In this document: in pieces, positions 28,063-38,328 of the stretch
Position numbering within the stretch: the stretch's first letter is position 1
Layout of the letters: each line of letters starts with the position of its first letter
DNA from: Candidatus Omnitrophota bacterium
Lineage (GTDB): Bacteria > Omnitrophota > Gorgyraeia > Aquiviventales > Aquiviventaceae
Direction: 5' to 3'
Assembly: GCA_016206685.1 (NCBI GenBank)
Contig: JACQRB010000023.1
Location: 29,287-93,286, forward strand
Length of the DNA stretch: 64,000 nucleotides
Position numbers and translations under genes: made by a program
The notes under the pieces: generated by a model
The model's input: only the letters and a program-made list of their open reading frames with translations
The model's database searches: none
Told to the model about the DNA's origin: nothing

Positions 28063-29159
28063 GACTTCGCGCGTCTCCCGGCTGACGCCGCAGATTGCAG
28101 CAGGTGAATCAGGGCCGGCGCGTTCACCACCACGCTGTAGCGCTGAGCCACCGTGCGGCGCCCGGCCTGCCCCAGGCGGGCCCGCAGGTCCGGCTGCTCG
28201 ATCAGCTCCGCGAGCCGGGCGGACCACTCCTCGGGCGAGGAAGCCAGCAGACCGTTCACGCCGTCTTGAATCAGATCGCGATTCGCGCCGAAATTCGAGG
28301 CGACGAGCGGCACCCCGGCTGCCATATACAGGACCGCCTTGTAGCAGGCCTTGCCTCGGTCAAACTCGGATCCCCCCAACGGATAGACCCCGATGTTGAA
28401 ACCCTGCACCAGCCGGCTTTCCTCCTGAAGACTCCACGGGACATTCTCCACCATCACCCCTGGCATGTGAATCGGCCGGCCGGCCCCCACGACCGCGACG
28501 CGGATCGCGTACCGCCTGGCCAGCGCCTGAAAGACCTCGACCAGCTGCAGCAGATAGGAGGCGGTGGAATGTGTTCCGATCCAGCCGATCGTGAGCGGCC
28601 CATTGGAGGCAGCCGGCGGACCGTCCCGAAACCGCGCCGGATCTTCCGGCGTGGGCAGGACCGTGACCTGGGCGGTGAATTGCTTCGCATACGCTTCCAG
28701 ATAGCGATTGCCGACGACGGCATGGGCGCAGTGACGCAGCATCCATGGCACCTTGGGGTGCCACTTCAGCCACTGCCACACACGCCCCTGAAACCGTTCC
28801 TGAGGACCGGGTAAATGAATGGCGTCATCAAGGTCATAGACGATGGGGCGTCTGAACACCAGGAGCAACCATTCAAAGATCGGCGGGCCGATCGGCGCGC
28901 ATTCCCGGTAGATATACACCACGTCGTAGTCCCGGCTGCGCAGGCAGTCCCGGAACCGACGCAGGACCGCGTTCAAGAAATAGACGGCTTTCCGGCCCCA
29001 GCGTCCCGGTTGATACGCGATGGCGAAGAACGCCTCATCCATGAACGGACGCACCGTGCCCTCGATGCCTGCGGCGCGGAGAGAGGGGAGATACTGGATG
29101 ATGCGGACCCGACATCCCGCCCCCTCCAGCGGGACAGGGCTCAGAAACAGCACGTTCAT
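28059..29159 (-). CDS. GT4 (GT-B fold) glycosyltransferase
   Basis: The internal start is MNVLFLSP. The C-terminal EFDRGKACYKAVLYMAAGVPLVAS is a Glycos_transf_1 E-x7-E-like region. It has ATGA overlaps at both ends. Confidence 0.65.
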   Translation of the reverse strand: MNVLFLSPVPLEGAGCRVRIIQYLPSLRAAGIEGTVRPFMDEAFFAIAYQPGRWGRKAVYFLNAVLRRFRDCLRSRDYDVVYIYRECAPIGPPIFEWLLLVFRRPIVYDLDDAIHLPGPQERFQGRVWQWLKWHPKVPWMLRHCAHAVVGNRYLEAYAKQFTAQVTVLPTPEDPARFRDGPPAASNGPLTIGWIGTHSTASYLLQLVEVFQALARRYAIRVAVVGAGRPIHMPGVMVENVPWSLQEESRLVQGFNIGVYPLGGSEFDRGKACYKAVLYMAAGVPLVASNFGANRDLIQDGVNGLLASSPEEWSARLAELIEQPDLRARLGQAGRRTVAQRYSVVVNAPALIHLLQSAASAGRRAKS

Positions 29160-30382
29160 GGTCGCACCTCTGCCGCGCGGGTGAGTTCGGTATACAGGCG
29201 GAGATACTGGCGCCGCCCGCGCTCCAGGGACAGGTGCTCGCGCGCGGCGCGGCGACACCGTGCCACCAGTTCGCGATCGCTCAGGAGGTTCAACAATTCG
29301 CGCGCCCCGTCGTCATACGAGATGGCGCTCAGATCATGCAGGACCACGCCCACGCGATCTCGAACGACCAGCTCCTCCAGATCTCCAACGCCGCGATTGA
29401 CGACCACCGGGATGCCGCTGGCTAAATATTCTCCGATCTTGGTCGGTGAGGAAAATTGTTTGGAGAGGGCCGGCGTGATCAGCGCCAACCCCACGTGCGC
29501 CGAAGCCAGCTGCTCGGGTACCTCTTCCGGCGCAGCCGATACCACGCGGGTCTGCGCCTCAAGTCCCGGAAATTGACGCACCGCCTGCCACGCCTGCGCA
29601 TGGTAGCGGGCGGGCGACACCACCAGAAAACGGCTGTGCGGTTGACGGGCTGCCACCGCCAGGACAAACCGCGCCATCTCCTCGAACAGATACCATGTGC
29701 CAATCGAGCCGACGTACCCCAGCACCAGCGCCCCCGCCATGCCGTCCCTCCGCTGGGCCGCCTGCGCGAACCGCTCCACGTCCACGCAACACGGAATCAC
29801 CGATGGCGAGAGGCGCGGTGGCAGCCGCCACCAGGGATCCTGACGGAGCGTCTCGACTGCCCGCCGGGTCAAGACGACCATCGCATCCGCTTGGTGGATG
29901 AGGAGGCGTTCGACGACCCTGGCCACTCGATGGATCCATGAACCGCGCCGCCACAGGCCGCCGTCCACGTACTCCTGGGACACCAACCCCCGAAGATCCA
30001 GCACCCATCGGCAGCCGGTCAGTCGGGCCACCGGCGCGGCGACCAGGGCGGAGATGGTGCCGCGGGCATGGAGGAGCGTGATGCGGTGGCGCCGGACGAG
30101 CCGTGTCGCCACCACCCATCCCACCACCACGTCATACGCCGTCGAGAGCACGGCCGGCCGTTTATGATACCGCAGCGGATGCCACTGCAAGCCGTCGCGC
30201 GCAAGCTCCGCTCGCTGCCGCCGGCGGTACGTGCGCTCCGTCCGGTGCGGCGTCATCCGGCGCTCATAGGTCATCACATGCACCGCAACACCGTGCCGCG
30301 CCAGATCGCGCAGGTACGCCGCCCCTTGGGTGTGGAACAACGGATCGGTTGTCCCGTTATACGAGATGAAGAGGGTCTGCAT
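29156..30382 (-). CDS. GT4 (GT-B fold) glycosyltransferase
   Basis: The internal start is MQTLFISYNGTTDPL. The C-terminal TKIGEYLASGIPVVVNRGVGDLEELV matches the Glycos_transf_1 motif. Confidence 0.7.
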   Translation of the reverse strand: MQTLFISYNGTTDPLFHTQGAAYLRDLARHGVAVHVMTYERRMTPHRTERTYRRRQRAELARDGLQWHPLRYHKRPAVLSTAYDVVVGWVVATRLVRRHRITLLHARGTISALVAAPVARLTGCRWVLDLRGLVSQEYVDGGLWRRGSWIHRVARVVERLLIHQADAMVVLTRRAVETLRQDPWWRLPPRLSPSVIPCCVDVERFAQAAQRRDGMAGALVLGYVGSIGTWYLFEEMARFVLAVAARQPHSRFLVVSPARYHAQAWQAVRQFPGLEAQTRVVSAAPEEVPEQLASAHVGLALITPALSKQFSSPTKIGEYLASGIPVVVNRGVGDLEELVVRDRVGVVLHDLSAISYDDGARELLNLLSDRELVARCRRAAREHLSLERGRRQYLRLYTELTRAAEVRP

Positions 30383-31754
30383 GCCGAGCGCGCCGTTCCC
30401 ACACTGCCGCCAGGCCGACGGCACTCAACGTCAGATAGAGCGGGATGAACATGCCGCGGTGGCGAAAAGCCACGCCCATGTTGCCGGTGCTCATGGCGAA
30501 CATGGTGGTGAGAACGGCCAGCGGAACCACGAGGACCATGACCGCCCCGCACCGTCGCCACAGTAGATGGACCGTTCCCAGGAGCGCGCATCCGACCAAC
30601 ACGTACCACAGGCACACTTCCGGCATCGCCACGGCCTGCAGCGCGCTGGTGACGCGCCAGGGAACCGGGCTGAAGAGAAAATAGCCCCATCCCATCAGCA
30701 GCGTCCCGACGATCTGCCGCGGGCGAAAGGTGGAGGCGCGGCCCACATCGTTGACCGGATAGACGACGTCATCATAAATCCGATACGCCGACCCGCCGGA
30801 GAGCTGATGCCCCCACTGCCGGCTCACCAGCTCATCCATGACGCGATTCACGACCTTGGGCCAGTACTGAGTCGGCGAGGTGCGGGCGCTGAGCGGGAGC
30901 CCCCCGAGGACCCCCATGACCAGCAGCGCCGCGATGCCGATCATCACCGGGGTGGGACGCGACACGATCAGCGCGATCCCCCACCCGATCGCCAGGGAGG
31001 CCACCACGGGCATCAGCAGCAGCGGCCGGGCCGTCCAGATCAACCCCAGCGCGCCCAGGCCGTGCAGCAGAGAGGACGGCCGCACACCCCGTTGGAGCCC
31101 ACGCACCACGGTCCAGCAGACCCACGCCAGTCCCAGCGCCGTTGGAGTTTCCTTCAGGTTGGTCACGGACCACAACAGCGTTGACGGAAACAACGCGACC
31201 AGCCACGCCGAGATCTTGGCCGACCGCAGACCCCCCAACGCCTTGGCGGTCGCATAGGCCACCAGCGGGAGCAGCGCTCCGAGAAGACCGTTGAAGAGCT
31301 TCACCGCAAATTGGCTGAAGCCGAAGAGATAATGAAACCAGATATACGGGTAGACCCACCAGGTGGTCCGATCTTCGAGCATCCCCTGATCCAGCGCCCC
31401 GCGATCAAAACGCCCCTCCCAGGTCTGGGCGATGATCCAGCCGCGCAGGGACAGATACGCGCTGTCCCCGGAGATATCGAACGACTCCTGGCCGTACATC
31501 AAATAGCCTTTACCCTGATACATCGCCCACAAGTGCAGCGCGGCGCCGATCAGGAAGCGCGCCGCGAGCGCCACCGCGTAGAGCCGGACGATAAACACCC
31601 GATCCGCTTCCGGAGCCCATCGCCGGATCAGCCATCCGACGGCGATCAGCACCATGATCATCGTCGCCAGGCCCGGCGACCACATGACCAGCAGGGCGAG
31701 AGCCGCCCCGCACCCCGCCATCATGAGGCAGGTCATTGAATGAAGACGGTTCAT
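30357..31754 (-). CDS. polytopic membrane protein, putative GT-C-type glycosyltransferase or glycan polymerase/ligase
   Basis: The internal start MNRLHSMTCLMMAGCG at 31754 is ATGA-coupled to the upstream MTase. It has more than 10 hydrophobic segments, and an acidic loop (FDISGDSAY) follows TM1-2. The track ORF has an approximately 107 aa spurious extension. Confidence 0.45.
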   Translation of the reverse strand: MNRLHSMTCLMMAGCGAALALLVMWSPGLATMIMVLIAVGWLIRRWAPEADRVFIVRLYAVALAARFLIGAALHLWAMYQGKGYLMYGQESFDISGDSAYLSLRGWIIAQTWEGRFDRGALDQGMLEDRTTWWVYPYIWFHYLFGFSQFAVKLFNGLLGALLPLVAYATAKALGGLRSAKISAWLVALFPSTLLWSVTNLKETPTALGLAWVCWTVVRGLQRGVRPSSLLHGLGALGLIWTARPLLLMPVVASLAIGWGIALIVSRPTPVMIGIAALLVMGVLGGLPLSARTSPTQYWPKVVNRVMDELVSRQWGHQLSGGSAYRIYDDVVYPVNDVGRASTFRPRQIVGTLLMGWGYFLFSPVPWRVTSALQAVAMPEVCLWYVLVGCALLGTVHLLWRRCGAVMVLVVPLAVLTTMFAMSTGNMGVAFRHRGMFIPLYLTLSAVGLAAVWERRARHADPLHLV

Positions 31755-32503
31755 GGTCGTCGCGCGACACAGAACACGGATAATCCGAACGGCACGCTGC
31801 GCACCCACCAGGGCAGCGCCGTCTCGGCTCGAAGCACACCACGCAAGACGGTGTTGAGCCCCATCGGCACCGGAGCGACGTCGGAGACGGCATGCGCCGC
31901 CTCGACGCAGCGCCGTTTCAGCGCGCGCATCAGCGCCAGCAATGGAAACAACAACTGATTCCGGTAGTAACTGGCACGAACCCTTAAGCCAGCCTCTTGT
32001 AAGAGCGCGGTGACCTCCCGGCGTGTGTAGCGCCGCCGGGTCCAGATGGCCGCATCGTGCTCGCTGCGCAGCCATTCGAATGCCGGCACATGGACGACCA
32101 GCAACCCGCCCGGCTTCAGAACACGCGCCATTTCAGCGACCGCCCGCCGATCGTCCACGCGTTGGTGATAGAGGACGTCAATACTGCTCACCACGTCAAA
32201 GGACCGGTCCTGAAACGGCAGCGCGGTGACGGAGCCCTGCAGTAAGTTGGGAAGGCGTCTGGCGCGGGCTAACCGCAGCCCCTCCCACGTGATCTCGACG
32301 CCGACCTGCCACCACGACGCCACCCCCAGGTGCCCCAGCAATCCGCCGGTGCCGCAGCCGGCGTCAAGCCAACGGCTGGCGGACGCCTGCGGGGATTGGG
32401 ACGCGAACCGGTTGACGGCGCGCAGGATCTCGTGGCGCAGCCCGACGTACCACCAGTGTCGGTCCTCCACGGAGAACATCACCTCGTACTCGCGGGGATT
32501 CAT
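31751..32503 (-). CDS. class I SAM-dependent methyltransferase
   Basis: Motif I is WLDAGCGTGGL. VLKPGGLLVV is Methyltransf_11-like. Confidence 0.7.
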   Translation of the reverse strand: MNPREYEVMFSVEDRHWWYVGLRHEILRAVNRFASQSPQASASRWLDAGCGTGGLLGHLGVASWWQVGVEITWEGLRLARARRLPNLLQGSVTALPFQDRSFDVVSSIDVLYHQRVDDRRAVAEMARVLKPGGLLVVHVPAFEWLRSEHDAAIWTRRRYTRREVTALLQEAGLRVRASYYRNQLLFPLLALMRALKRRCVEAAHAVSDVAPVPMGLNTVLRGVLRAETALPWWVRSVPFGLSVFCVARRP

Positions 32504-32509
32504 CGCACC

Positions 32510-33607
32510 TCACCGCGAGGACGCGGCCAGCCTGCGGCGGGCGTGCGGCCGGGGACCGGCCGATCCCTCCTCCCCGTTCCAGTAATAGGCGGGCCCGTAG
32601 GCTTCATAATACGCCAGCGTCTTGGTCAGCCCCTGGCGCAGGGACGTCGTGTGCCGCCACGGAAAGTGGGTGCGAAACAGGCGGTCATCGGCGTAATAAT
32701 CGCCGATGTCGATCGCCTTGCGGTCGGGAGGAAATGGGACCACCCGGTAGCTGCCCCTGCCGTAGATGTCCACGAGCAGGCGGGCGAGGTCCTTGAGGCT
32801 CACCGGACTGTCGCCGCCCACATTGAAGATCCGGCCGTTGCACGCCTCGTGGGTCGCCGCGATCAGGCACGCCTCCACGACATCACCGACATAGGCGAAG
32901 TCCCGCCGCTGGGCGCCGTCCCCGTAGACCTGGATCGGCTGGCCCTCGATGAGCTGGCGGATCCACCAGCCCAGGAATGTCTGCCGGGCGTCCCGCACCC
33001 GCATGCGCGGGCCGTACGTATTGGTCAGGCGCAGGGCGCAGGCGCGGATGCCATAGACGTTGTTATAGACGATGTGATACCACTCCCCCGCCGCCTTGTT
33101 GATGCCGTTGACGTCTACGGGGCGCACCAAATGCCGCTCATCCACCGGGAGGTAGTCCGGCACCCCGTAGACCTGGCGCGTGCTGGCATACACGATCTTG
33201 ACGCGGGCATTGTGCTTGCGGCAGGTTTCCAGGATCGACAGCTGCGCCCGGCAATTGATCTCCAGATCCGTGTACGGATCGCTCATTGAATCCAAGTGGC
33301 TGGTCTGCCCCGCGAGGTTGAAGAGGTAATCCTGACCGCGCACCAGGTGGCGGAGGCTGTAGACATCCCGCACGTCGGCGATGTTGACCGTCACGCGCGA
33401 TTCAATGCCGCGGAGGTTAAAGAGGTTGCCCCCGTATTCCGGGATGAGCGAGTCAACGACGAGCACCGTGGCGCCCAAGCCGACGAGCCGGTGCGCCAGC
33501 GTCGAGCCGATGAAGCCCAGCCCGCCGGTGATGATGACCTTGCGCCCGGCAAACGCTGAGTGCAGCGACGGCTCAGCCGCCTGGCGCCGGGGTCGGACGG
33601 CGGTCAT
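32510..33607 (-). CDS. NAD-dependent epimerase/dehydratase (UDP-glucuronate decarboxylase / NDP-sugar dehydratase-like extended SDR)
   Basis: KVIITGGLGFIGS is the Rossmann motif. The core is SDR-like. It has an ATGA overlap at 33604-33607. Confidence 0.7.
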   Translation of the reverse strand: MTAVRPRRQAAEPSLHSAFAGRKVIITGGLGFIGSTLAHRLVGLGATVLVVDSLIPEYGGNLFNLRGIESRVTVNIADVRDVYSLRHLVRGQDYLFNLAGQTSHLDSMSDPYTDLEINCRAQLSILETCRKHNARVKIVYASTRQVYGVPDYLPVDERHLVRPVDVNGINKAAGEWYHIVYNNVYGIRACALRLTNTYGPRMRVRDARQTFLGWWIRQLIEGQPIQVYGDGAQRRDFAYVGDVVEACLIAATHEACNGRIFNVGGDSPVSLKDLARLLVDIYGRGSYRVVPFPPDRKAIDIGDYYADDRLFRTHFPWRHTTSLRQGLTKTLAYYEAYGPAYYWNGEEGSAGPRPHARRRLAASSR

Positions 33608-34413
33608 GTCGTCTCCTTGGGCGCCGCGCCCGCCGCCGCGTCGGCCAAGGCGGTCTGGCGCCGGTGGCGGGGGGACGATTCACCCTGGTGGGCGATGCCG
33701 ACCGGCGTGCGGCACCGCACGATCAGTTCCCACCACAGCCGCAGGATATTCAAGCCCGTCGCGGCCAGGCGGCGGATGTTGAAGAATTGAGACCGGCCGT
33801 GCTGGCGGTGGTAATGGTGCACCGGGAAATCCGCAAACCGGTAGCCGGCCAGCTCGAGCTTCTTGACCAGCTCCAGGCAGATCATCCCCGAGGTGTGGTG
33901 CAGGTGGATGGTACCGACCGCCCGCCGACGGATCAGGCGGAAGTCGCAATCGACATCGCGCACATGGAAGTTGAAGAGCAGCCGCATGAGCCGCAGGTAC
34001 ACCTTGCCGATGATGATCCGGTGCCAGGGGTCGGAGCGGGCGATCTTGTAGCCGTTGACGACATCGACCCCGTCCTGCATCACCGGTAGCAGCCGGCGCA
34101 GCTCAAACACATCGTACTGCCCGTCGCCATCGGTGTAGAAGACGAGATCCTTGGTGGCGTGCGCGAAACCGGATTGCAGCGCCGCCCCATAGCCGCGGTT
34201 CTTCTCGTGCCGGATGATGCGCAGCCTCGGATATTTCTTCTGCAGCCCCTCCAGTAGTTCCCGGCTGCTGTCGGTGCTGCCATCATCCACCACCAGGATT
34301 TCGTAGTCCGGCGTGTATTCGGCGGCCACAACGTCGGCCTCGGCCACGAGGCTGCCGATCGTGCCGGAATCGTTGAAGCATGGAAAGAAAATCGTCAGGC
34401 TGGGTCGAGGCAT
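33604..34413 (-). CDS. GT2 glycosyltransferase (DPM1-like polyprenol-phosphate sugar synthase, soluble form)
   Basis: LTIFFPCFNDSGTIGS...ILVVDDGSTDSS...TDGDGQYD are GT2 motifs. Confidence 0.75.
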   Translation of the reverse strand: MPRPSLTIFFPCFNDSGTIGSLVAEADVVAAEYTPDYEILVVDDGSTDSSRELLEGLQKKYPRLRIIRHEKNRGYGAALQSGFAHATKDLVFYTDGDGQYDVFELRRLLPVMQDGVDVVNGYKIARSDPWHRIIIGKVYLRLMRLLFNFHVRDVDCDFRLIRRRAVGTIHLHHTSGMICLELVKKLELAGYRFADFPVHHYHRQHGRSQFFNIRRLAATGLNILRLWWELIVRCRTPVGIAHQGESSPRHRRQTALADAAAGAAPKETT

Positions 34414-34422
34414 GCGGGAGTC

Positions 34423-35391
34423 CTACGGAGCCAGGGTCCTGGACGAGGTCCACGGCTCCGTGGCCAGGTCATCCAACTGCGTCTGCTCATGATCGATCAC
34501 AAACACGGGACGACCCACTAAATTCTTGTAGGTGCGGGCCAGGTAGAGGCTGATCATGGACACCGACATCAGGATGAAGTAGAACCCCAGCGCCACGATC
34601 AATCCCACCGCCTGCTCCGCCCCCAGGCGGCCTCCCCAGACCGCCGCCGGCGCGGCCACGGCCAGCGCGATCGCCGAGTAGAGCACGAATCGCAGCGGAA
34701 ACGTCGAGCTGGACAGTATGCCGCCGATCGCAAACCGGGTCATGCGCATCAGGTTGTAATGCGACACGCCCCGCAGCCGCTTGCCCCGGCGGTACGGAAT
34801 GCCGATGCGCTTGAAGCCCACGTAGCCGATCTCCGCCCGCAGGAACGGGTACGTCGTCCGCGGCGCCAGGACGGCCTGGCGCACCGGCCGGGTGAACATC
34901 GCGAGCTCCGCCATCCACTCCACCATCTCGGCGTCGGCGATCCGGCGGATGATAGCGTAGAACAGCTTGCGGTAAAACGTGATGAGCGACGGCTCGTCGC
35001 GATTGGACCGGATGCCGTAGGCCACGGCGTACCCTTCCCGGATGGCCTGATAGAAGTCGGCCAGCAGCTCGGGCGGATCCTCGCCGTCCACGTCGATGAT
35101 GGCGTAGAGATCGCTCTCCACCTGTGACAGCCCCGCCACGAGGACCGAATGATAGCCGAAATTCCTGGACAGGGAGATGACCTTCACCCGCTCATCGGAC
35201 GCCCGCAGGTCCATGATCGCCTCCAACGAGCCGTCAGTGCTGCCGTCGTTGACGAAGACCAGGGCCCAGGCGTCCACGCCGGCCATCGCGTCCAGCACCG
35301 GCTTGGCCCGCTCATAGAACAAGGGGATGTTCTCCCGCTCGTTGTAGACCGGAACGATGACCGCCAGCTTCATCGCGTCGGATCGCCTCAC
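34423..35391 (-). CDS. GT2 polyprenyl-phosphate sugar glycosyltransferase (ArnC/GtrB-like) with C-terminal TM helices
   Basis: KLAVIVPVYNEREN...VFVNDGSTDGS...IDVDGEDPP are GT2 motifs, with a C-terminal hydrophobic pair. Confidence 0.75.
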   Translation of the reverse strand: MRRSDAMKLAVIVPVYNERENIPLFYERAKPVLDAMAGVDAWALVFVNDGSTDGSLEAIMDLRASDERVKVISLSRNFGYHSVLVAGLSQVESDLYAIIDVDGEDPPELLADFYQAIREGYAVAYGIRSNRDEPSLITFYRKLFYAIIRRIADAEMVEWMAELAMFTRPVRQAVLAPRTTYPFLRAEIGYVGFKRIGIPYRRGKRLRGVSHYNLMRMTRFAIGGILSSSTFPLRFVLYSAIALAVAAPAAVWGGRLGAEQAVGLIVALGFYFILMSVSMISLYLARTYKNLVGRPVFVIDHEQTQLDDLATEPWTSSRTLAP

Positions 35392-36332
35392 CAGATAAAA
35401 CGGTCGCGGTAATATTCCACGATCGCCTTGATTTCGTCATCGAAGCGCCGCGCGTTCTTCCATCCGAGCCGGCGCAGCCGCGTGTCGTCAAGCGAATAGC
35501 GCACGTCTTCCCCCATGCGCACGTAGTTGAATTGCACGTGGAGATTGAGCTTCACGCGCTTGCCGAAATAGCAGCGCAGGACTTTCTCGATGACCTCGCG
35601 GTTGGTGGCTTCGTAGTTCCCTGAGACGTTGTAGACGCGGTTGCGCTGGCCGCGCTCGAGGATGTGAAAGATGGCCGCCGCGGTGTCTTCAGCGTGCAGC
35701 CAATTGCGGACGTACAGCCCTTTGCCGTGCAGCGGAATCTTCTTGCGCAGCGACAGATACTTCACGGCCTTGGGGATGAGCTTCTCCGGATACTGGCCGA
35801 TCCCATAGTTGTTGGTGGGACGGATGATCAGGTAGGGCACATTGTGGGTGCGGTGCCATCCCAGAATCAGCATATCCGCGGAGGCCTTGCTGGCCGAGTA
35901 CGGGTTGCTGGGATGCAGCGGGTGCTCCTCGGTGTGCTTGCCGTCGAGCACGTCGCCGTACACCTCATCGGTGCTGACCTGCACCAGCAGCGGCATCTCG
36001 TAGTTCCGTTTGCCGCGGATCAGCTCCAGCAGGTTTTCCACGCCCATGATGTTCGCCCAGGAAAACCGGCTGCTGTCCACGATGCTGTTGTCCACATGGG
36101 TCTCGGCGGCGAAGTTGAAGACGGCGTCCACGTCGTAGAGGTGGTCCATCGTCACGATGTCGGCCTCGGTGAACTTGAACGACGCGGACTGGCGGAACTC
36201 ATCCAGCAGCTCGGGCCGGGCGGCGTAGGTCATCGTGTCGACGCCCCACACCTGCCATCCGCGCTGCAGGCAGGCCCGCGTGAAATGCGACCCCATGAAC
36301 CCGAGGCACCCGGTGACGCACACGACTCTCAT
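35388..36332 (-). CDS. rmlB-like: dTDP-glucose 4,6-dehydratase-like (RmlB-type extended SDR)
   Basis: MRVVCVTGCLGFMGSHF and PYSASKASADMLIL (RmlB YxxxK context), with VSTDEVYG. It has ATGA overlaps at both ends. Confidence 0.7.
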   Translation of the reverse strand: MRVVCVTGCLGFMGSHFTRACLQRGWQVWGVDTMTYAARPELLDEFRQSASFKFTEADIVTMDHLYDVDAVFNFAAETHVDNSIVDSSRFSWANIMGVENLLELIRGKRNYEMPLLVQVSTDEVYGDVLDGKHTEEHPLHPSNPYSASKASADMLILGWHRTHNVPYLIIRPTNNYGIGQYPEKLIPKAVKYLSLRKKIPLHGKGLYVRNWLHAEDTAAAIFHILERGQRNRVYNVSGNYEATNREVIEKVLRCYFGKRVKLNLHVQFNYVRMGEDVRYSLDDTRLRRLGWKNARRFDDEIKAIVEYYRDRFIW

Positions 36333-38323
36333 GGCCGACTGGCCTTTGTTGAGGGGGTGATGGATGATTCCGGCTCGATCACTTCGACGTGGGGAACCGG
36401 CACGATGAAGCCGTTAGTGTACCGCGCCGCGCGGCACCGCGCCATGATTTCCTGCCGGAAATTCCAGGCCAGCAGGAGCAGGTAGTCGACGCGGGCCTGT
36501 GCGAGGGCGTCGATGCCGGCGATCCGCATACGGGCGCCGGGCGTGTACCAGCCCCACTTCTTGGGATTGTCATCCACCGCCACCGGCACCATCTCGCGCG
36601 ACAGCTCGAAATAATTCATCAGGGTGTTGCCCTTGGCGCTGGCGCCGTAGGCCCAGATGGTTTTGCCCTCCTGGCGCAGGCGGCGCAGGACGCGCGTCAG
36701 GTCCTCCTTGCTCCGGCGCACCCGCTGGGCGAACGCCTCGTAGGGGGCCCGCCGCGTGATGCCGAAGGCCTGCTCGCGGGCCAGGTACTCGCCCACGGAG
36801 GGAGCCACCGGGTAATCCCGGCGGCGCGCCAGGCTCACGCGAATGGTTCCGCCGTGGAGCTGGCCGAAAAAGTCCACGTCAATGGCCTCCATGTCGTGCG
36901 CCTGCGCCAGGCGCTGCAGCGCGTGCACGCTCATGTACGAGAGGTGCTCGTGATAGGCGGTGTCGAACTCATTCTCTTCAATGAAGGGGATCACGTACGG
37001 GCATTCGATCACGCACAGCCCCCGGGGCGCCAGGCAGCGCTCGACCCCGACCAGAAACTCATGCACGTCGTCAACGTGGGCGATGACGTTCGTCGCCGTG
37101 ATGATCTTCGGCGGCGCGAAGCGGCTCATGATGTCTTTGGCCGTCGCCTGCGACCAGTAGGTGCACAGGGTGCGGATGCCGGAGGCGTTGGCTTCCGCGG
37201 CGAGATTCTCGGCCGGATCCACGCCGACGACGTTCATCCCGCGCTCCTGGAACCGCGCCAGCAGGCAGCCGTCATTGCTGGCGATGTCCAGCGCCCAGTC
37301 GCCCCGCGATGCCTGCGTGCGCCGGATGGCGGACTCGGCCAGCTCCGCGCAGTGGGAGCGAAAGGTTGCCGTCGTGGAGCTGACGTAGAGGTAATGGCGG
37401 AACATCAAATCGGGATTGACCACTTTCGTCAATTGCGACAGGCCGCACGTCTCGCACAGCTGAATGGCCAGCTCTTCCCTAAATTCGGGCTGCGGCAGGT
37501 CCTCCTCCCGCAGGTACGAATTGGCCAGCGGCGTGACGCCCAGGTCCAGGTACGTCCACAGCGACGAGGAGCCGCAGATGCGGCAGGCGGTCCTGGACAC
37601 CGACGGCGGCGCGTCGGTCCGCATGACCGTCTGAAGCTTGGTGGTGTCCAGCGAGCTGTCGCCGGGCAGCAGGTACGGCAGCTTGAAGTCCTTTCTGGTG
37701 CACGCCTCGACCGATGGATTCTGCTCGGCCTTGATGATCTCGTAGACCGAACGCTTCTGCTTGGCGCCGACGTTGATGATGCCCCGCAGGGTGGTCTTCA
37801 CCGCCAGGTGATGCACGGCCTTGGCCGCCTCCGCGACCGGAAGGCGCGAGGTGTACTGGTCGGTGCACGCCTTGGCAAACGGGATCGCCGCGTAGAACGA
37901 CGTGCGGATGATCAGCGTGTTGTCATGCTGCTGCGCGGCCATCTCGCCGCCCAGCTTGGATTCGGCGTACCGGTTGATCGGCCAGAGGACCGATTCCTCC
38001 GAATAGTCGCCCCGCTCTCCCGGATAGACGTAATCGGTGGACAGGTAGACCAGCCGCACGTCGTGCCGGAGGCACCACAGCGCCACGTTGGCGGTGCCGA
38101 TGATGTTGGCTTGCAGGTAGTCCGCCGGCGGGGCGTCGTGGTGCGTCTCGGCCGCCGCGTGGATGATGACATCGGGCCGGGCCGCCCCGCAGTACCGCTC
38201 AACGCTCTCATAGCGTGAGACGTCCAACGCGGACTTGGGCGGCGCGTCGATCGAGGGATCCAGCGCCACCAGCGCCTTTGCCAGGTTCCCTTGCCCTCCC
38301 GTCACCAGAATCTTTGGAGCCAT
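36329..38323 (-). CDS. bifunctional fusion: dTDP-4-dehydrorhamnose reductase-like (RmlD) N-terminal domain + NDP-hexose C-methyltransferase (TylC3/NovU-family) C-terminal domain
   Basis: The N-terminal MAPKILVTGGQGNLA...YAESK is RmlD-like. It is followed by CRICGSS...C-x-x-C (Methyltransf_13 zinc module), an MTase core (ALDIASNDG) and the C-methyltransferase C-terminal domain (YLLLLAWNFRQEI...FIVPVP). Confidence 0.7.
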   Translation of the reverse strand: MAPKILVTGGQGNLAKALVALDPSIDAPPKSALDVSRYESVERYCGAARPDVIIHAAAETHHDAPPADYLQANIIGTANVALWCLRHDVRLVYLSTDYVYPGERGDYSEESVLWPINRYAESKLGGEMAAQQHDNTLIIRTSFYAAIPFAKACTDQYTSRLPVAEAAKAVHHLAVKTTLRGIINVGAKQKRSVYEIIKAEQNPSVEACTRKDFKLPYLLPGDSSLDTTKLQTVMRTDAPPSVSRTACRICGSSSLWTYLDLGVTPLANSYLREEDLPQPEFREELAIQLCETCGLSQLTKVVNPDLMFRHYLYVSSTTATFRSHCAELAESAIRRTQASRGDWALDIASNDGCLLARFQERGMNVVGVDPAENLAAEANASGIRTLCTYWSQATAKDIMSRFAPPKIITATNVIAHVDDVHEFLVGVERCLAPRGLCVIECPYVIPFIEENEFDTAYHEHLSYMSVHALQRLAQAHDMEAIDVDFFGQLHGGTIRVSLARRRDYPVAPSVGEYLAREQAFGITRRAPYEAFAQRVRRSKEDLTRVLRRLRQEGKTIWAYGASAKGNTLMNYFELSREMVPVAVDDNPKKWGWYTPGARMRIAGIDALAQARVDYLLLLAWNFRQEIMARCRAARYTNGFIVPVPHVEVIEPESSITPSTKASRP

Positions 38324-38328
38324 GATCG

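Noticed and set aside
36389-38218. 609-aa plus-strand ORF
   Set aside because: It is antisense to the RmlD::C-methyltransferase fusion, with Arg/Gly/Ala/Pro-rich composition and no motifs. It is treated as an artefact.
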